NCBI GenBank assembly: GCA_965203555.1
Contig: CBDBCY010000004.1
Coordinates: forward strand, 1,888,001-1,952,000
DNA from: Acidimicrobiia bacterium
GTDB taxonomy: Bacteria > Actinomycetota > Acidimicrobiia > Spongiisociales > ZC4RG35
Reading direction: 5' to 3'
Length of the DNA: 64,000 nt
The position numbers were made by a program, and so were the translations under genes. The notes beneath the pieces were generated by a model that did not search any database, was not told the DNA's origin, and saw only the letters and a program-made list of their open reading frames with translations. Below, piece after piece: positions 62,678 through 64,000 of the stretch. Position 1 is the first letter of the stretch; the number at the start of each line of letters is the position of its first letter.

Positions 62678-64000
62678 ACGAACCCCGACGCCGATCAGCA
62701 CCGGCGGCTCGGCGAATGGGTGACTCCTATCAGGACCTAGTTGCTCTCAATTACTGCCTCAAGGCGCTGTCACCGGCTTCGACGATTCGCTACATCCGGT
62801 TAGAGGCAGACGGCGCCGGGATCCTTGACGATGTGGTAGTGGAAACCCAGCCTGGTCAACCGAATCTCTACATCCAGACCAAACTGACGGTCACCCCAGA
62901 ACCGTGCGACTTGCATTGGCTGATGTCGCCCTCGAACAAAGCAGGCGAAAGTCTGCTGCAACGCATGTACAAGAGCTGGGACAGACTAGGCCGAGAGAAC
63001 GCTCAAGCAGAACTCGTCACAGCACGAGAAGCGGCACTCGATGACCCGGTCTTCGGCCGCCGCGACAACAGAACCGGGCGAATCGACGATGTAGTTGCCG
63101 CGACTCCAGGGCTGCTTAATCGGATCGCAAAACATCTCAAAACGTCAGCCGCAGCGGTCCAAGAATTCCTCGAACATACTCGTTTCACAACCGCATACGC
63201 GTTCACTCACGCTGAAGAACTCGTCACTGTCCAACTCCTTCAACGAAATGTCGCCAACGCTGAGGCGGTCATTCGCGAAGCGCGCACGATAGTAAACGAC
63301 TGGATACAAGAGGGCCATCGGACCATGCCTGTCGGAGAAATCCGAGCAATATTAGGGCAGTTGTTAGGATCACAAATCCCTTCCGCTACGCTCGTCATCG
63401 AGGCGATCGACGACGACCCGGCTGGCCGAGGGGCCGACGCATGGTTGGACTGGCGATGGGCTTTCCCAGGAGACACCCCCTACGAACGCCGCGGTGCCCT
63501 CAGCGCGGCAATCTGGAATGACGCATTGTGGCCAGACCTAGTCAATGGAGTCCGCAATCTCAGCAATGCAGAGGGCAGCACCATTGCTATCGGAGGCAAG
63601 ATGCGTTTGTCCTGCTGGTTCGCTTGCGGTGCCGCTCTCACGCATTCCACTGGCACGGAGGTAACTTGTTTGTGGGGTCCTCGCTGGTCCTCTACAGAAC
63701 TACCCGAGGGCAAGGGTCTCGAGATCGTTAAGGAGGCAGAGATCGGCAGGGGCTCAGAAGCAGCAATCGCCGTCAGCCTCAGCACCGACATCACCGCTGA
63801 CGTCGTCGCTCATATCAAGGAGAACAGTCTCCCGATATCCAGAATCTACACACTCAGCCTGGCATCTGGCACAGGATCCCGGGCAGTCTACTCAGGTGGC
63901 CACGCCGTGAGAATCGCCGAGACATTGCGAAACCACGCGCGCGAACTACGAACTCCCGAACCTATCCACCTCTATATGGCCGCACCTGCAGGGGTAGCGC
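62674..64000 (+). CDS. cap4: Cap4-like effector: PD-(D/E)xK nuclease + SAVED (runs off window)
   Basis: Manual translation (not in ORF track): GDSYQD...LDDVVV...YIQTK; SAVED region MRLSCWFACG...IHLYMAAP; ATGA overlap with cdnD. Confidence 0.85.
   Translation, partial: MNEPRRRSAPAARRMGDSYQDLVALNYCLKALSPASTIRYIRLEADGAGILDDVVVETQPGQPNLYIQTKLTVTPEPCDLHWLMSPSNKAGESLLQRMYKSWDRLGRENAQAELVTAREAALDDPVFGRRDNRTGRIDDVVAATPGLLNRIAKHLKTSAAAVQEFLEHTRFTTAYAFTHAEELVTVQLLQRNVANAEAVIREARTIVNDWIQEGHRTMPVGEIRAILGQLLGSQIPSATLVIEAIDDDPAGRGADAWLDWRWAFPGDTPYERRGALSAAIWNDALWPDLVNGVRNLSNAEGSTIAIGGKMRLSCWFACGAALTHSTGTEVTCLWGPRWSSTELPEGKGLEIVKEAEIGRGSEAAIAVSLSTDITADVVAHIKENSLPISRIYTLSLASGTGSRAVYSGGHAVRIAETLRNHARELRTPEPIHLYMAAPAGVA

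Overview
High-GC actinobacterial chromosome segment. WhiB, PAC2, an F420-type LLM enzyme and frequent leaderless starts suggest Actinomycetota, possibly Acidimicrobiia (inference). All product calls come from motif reading and recalled family sequences; no database searches were run. Most of the window is housekeeping: a thrC-like gene, tRNA-Pro/Phe/Asp, selAB, gdh, Fe-S genes, glcDEF, argS and a peptide-type ABC transporter. Four accessory blocks stand out. (1) 5.2-9.1 kb: decayed IS5 and IS256 elements with three copies of the same IS end. (2) 9.2-23.2 kb: a divergently organised coenzyme M (CoM) epoxide-metabolism cluster with etnE, two HPC-dehydrogenase-like SDRs, CoA transferase A/B, an ADP-forming acyl-CoA ligase, 2-KPCC, comA and the bacterial Xcb-type CoM biosynthesis genes. 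It has an extra Zn-ribbon microprotein and no alkene monooxygenase in the window. (3) 24.4-25.5 kb: a RusA plus PD-(D/E)xK-HEPN two-gene module. (4) 58.6-64 kb: a type III CBASS (Trip13, HORMA3, HORMA2, CdnD, Cap4) with a divergent Xis-like HTH/PIN pair and a 9-bp repeat array over the predicted CBASS promoter.
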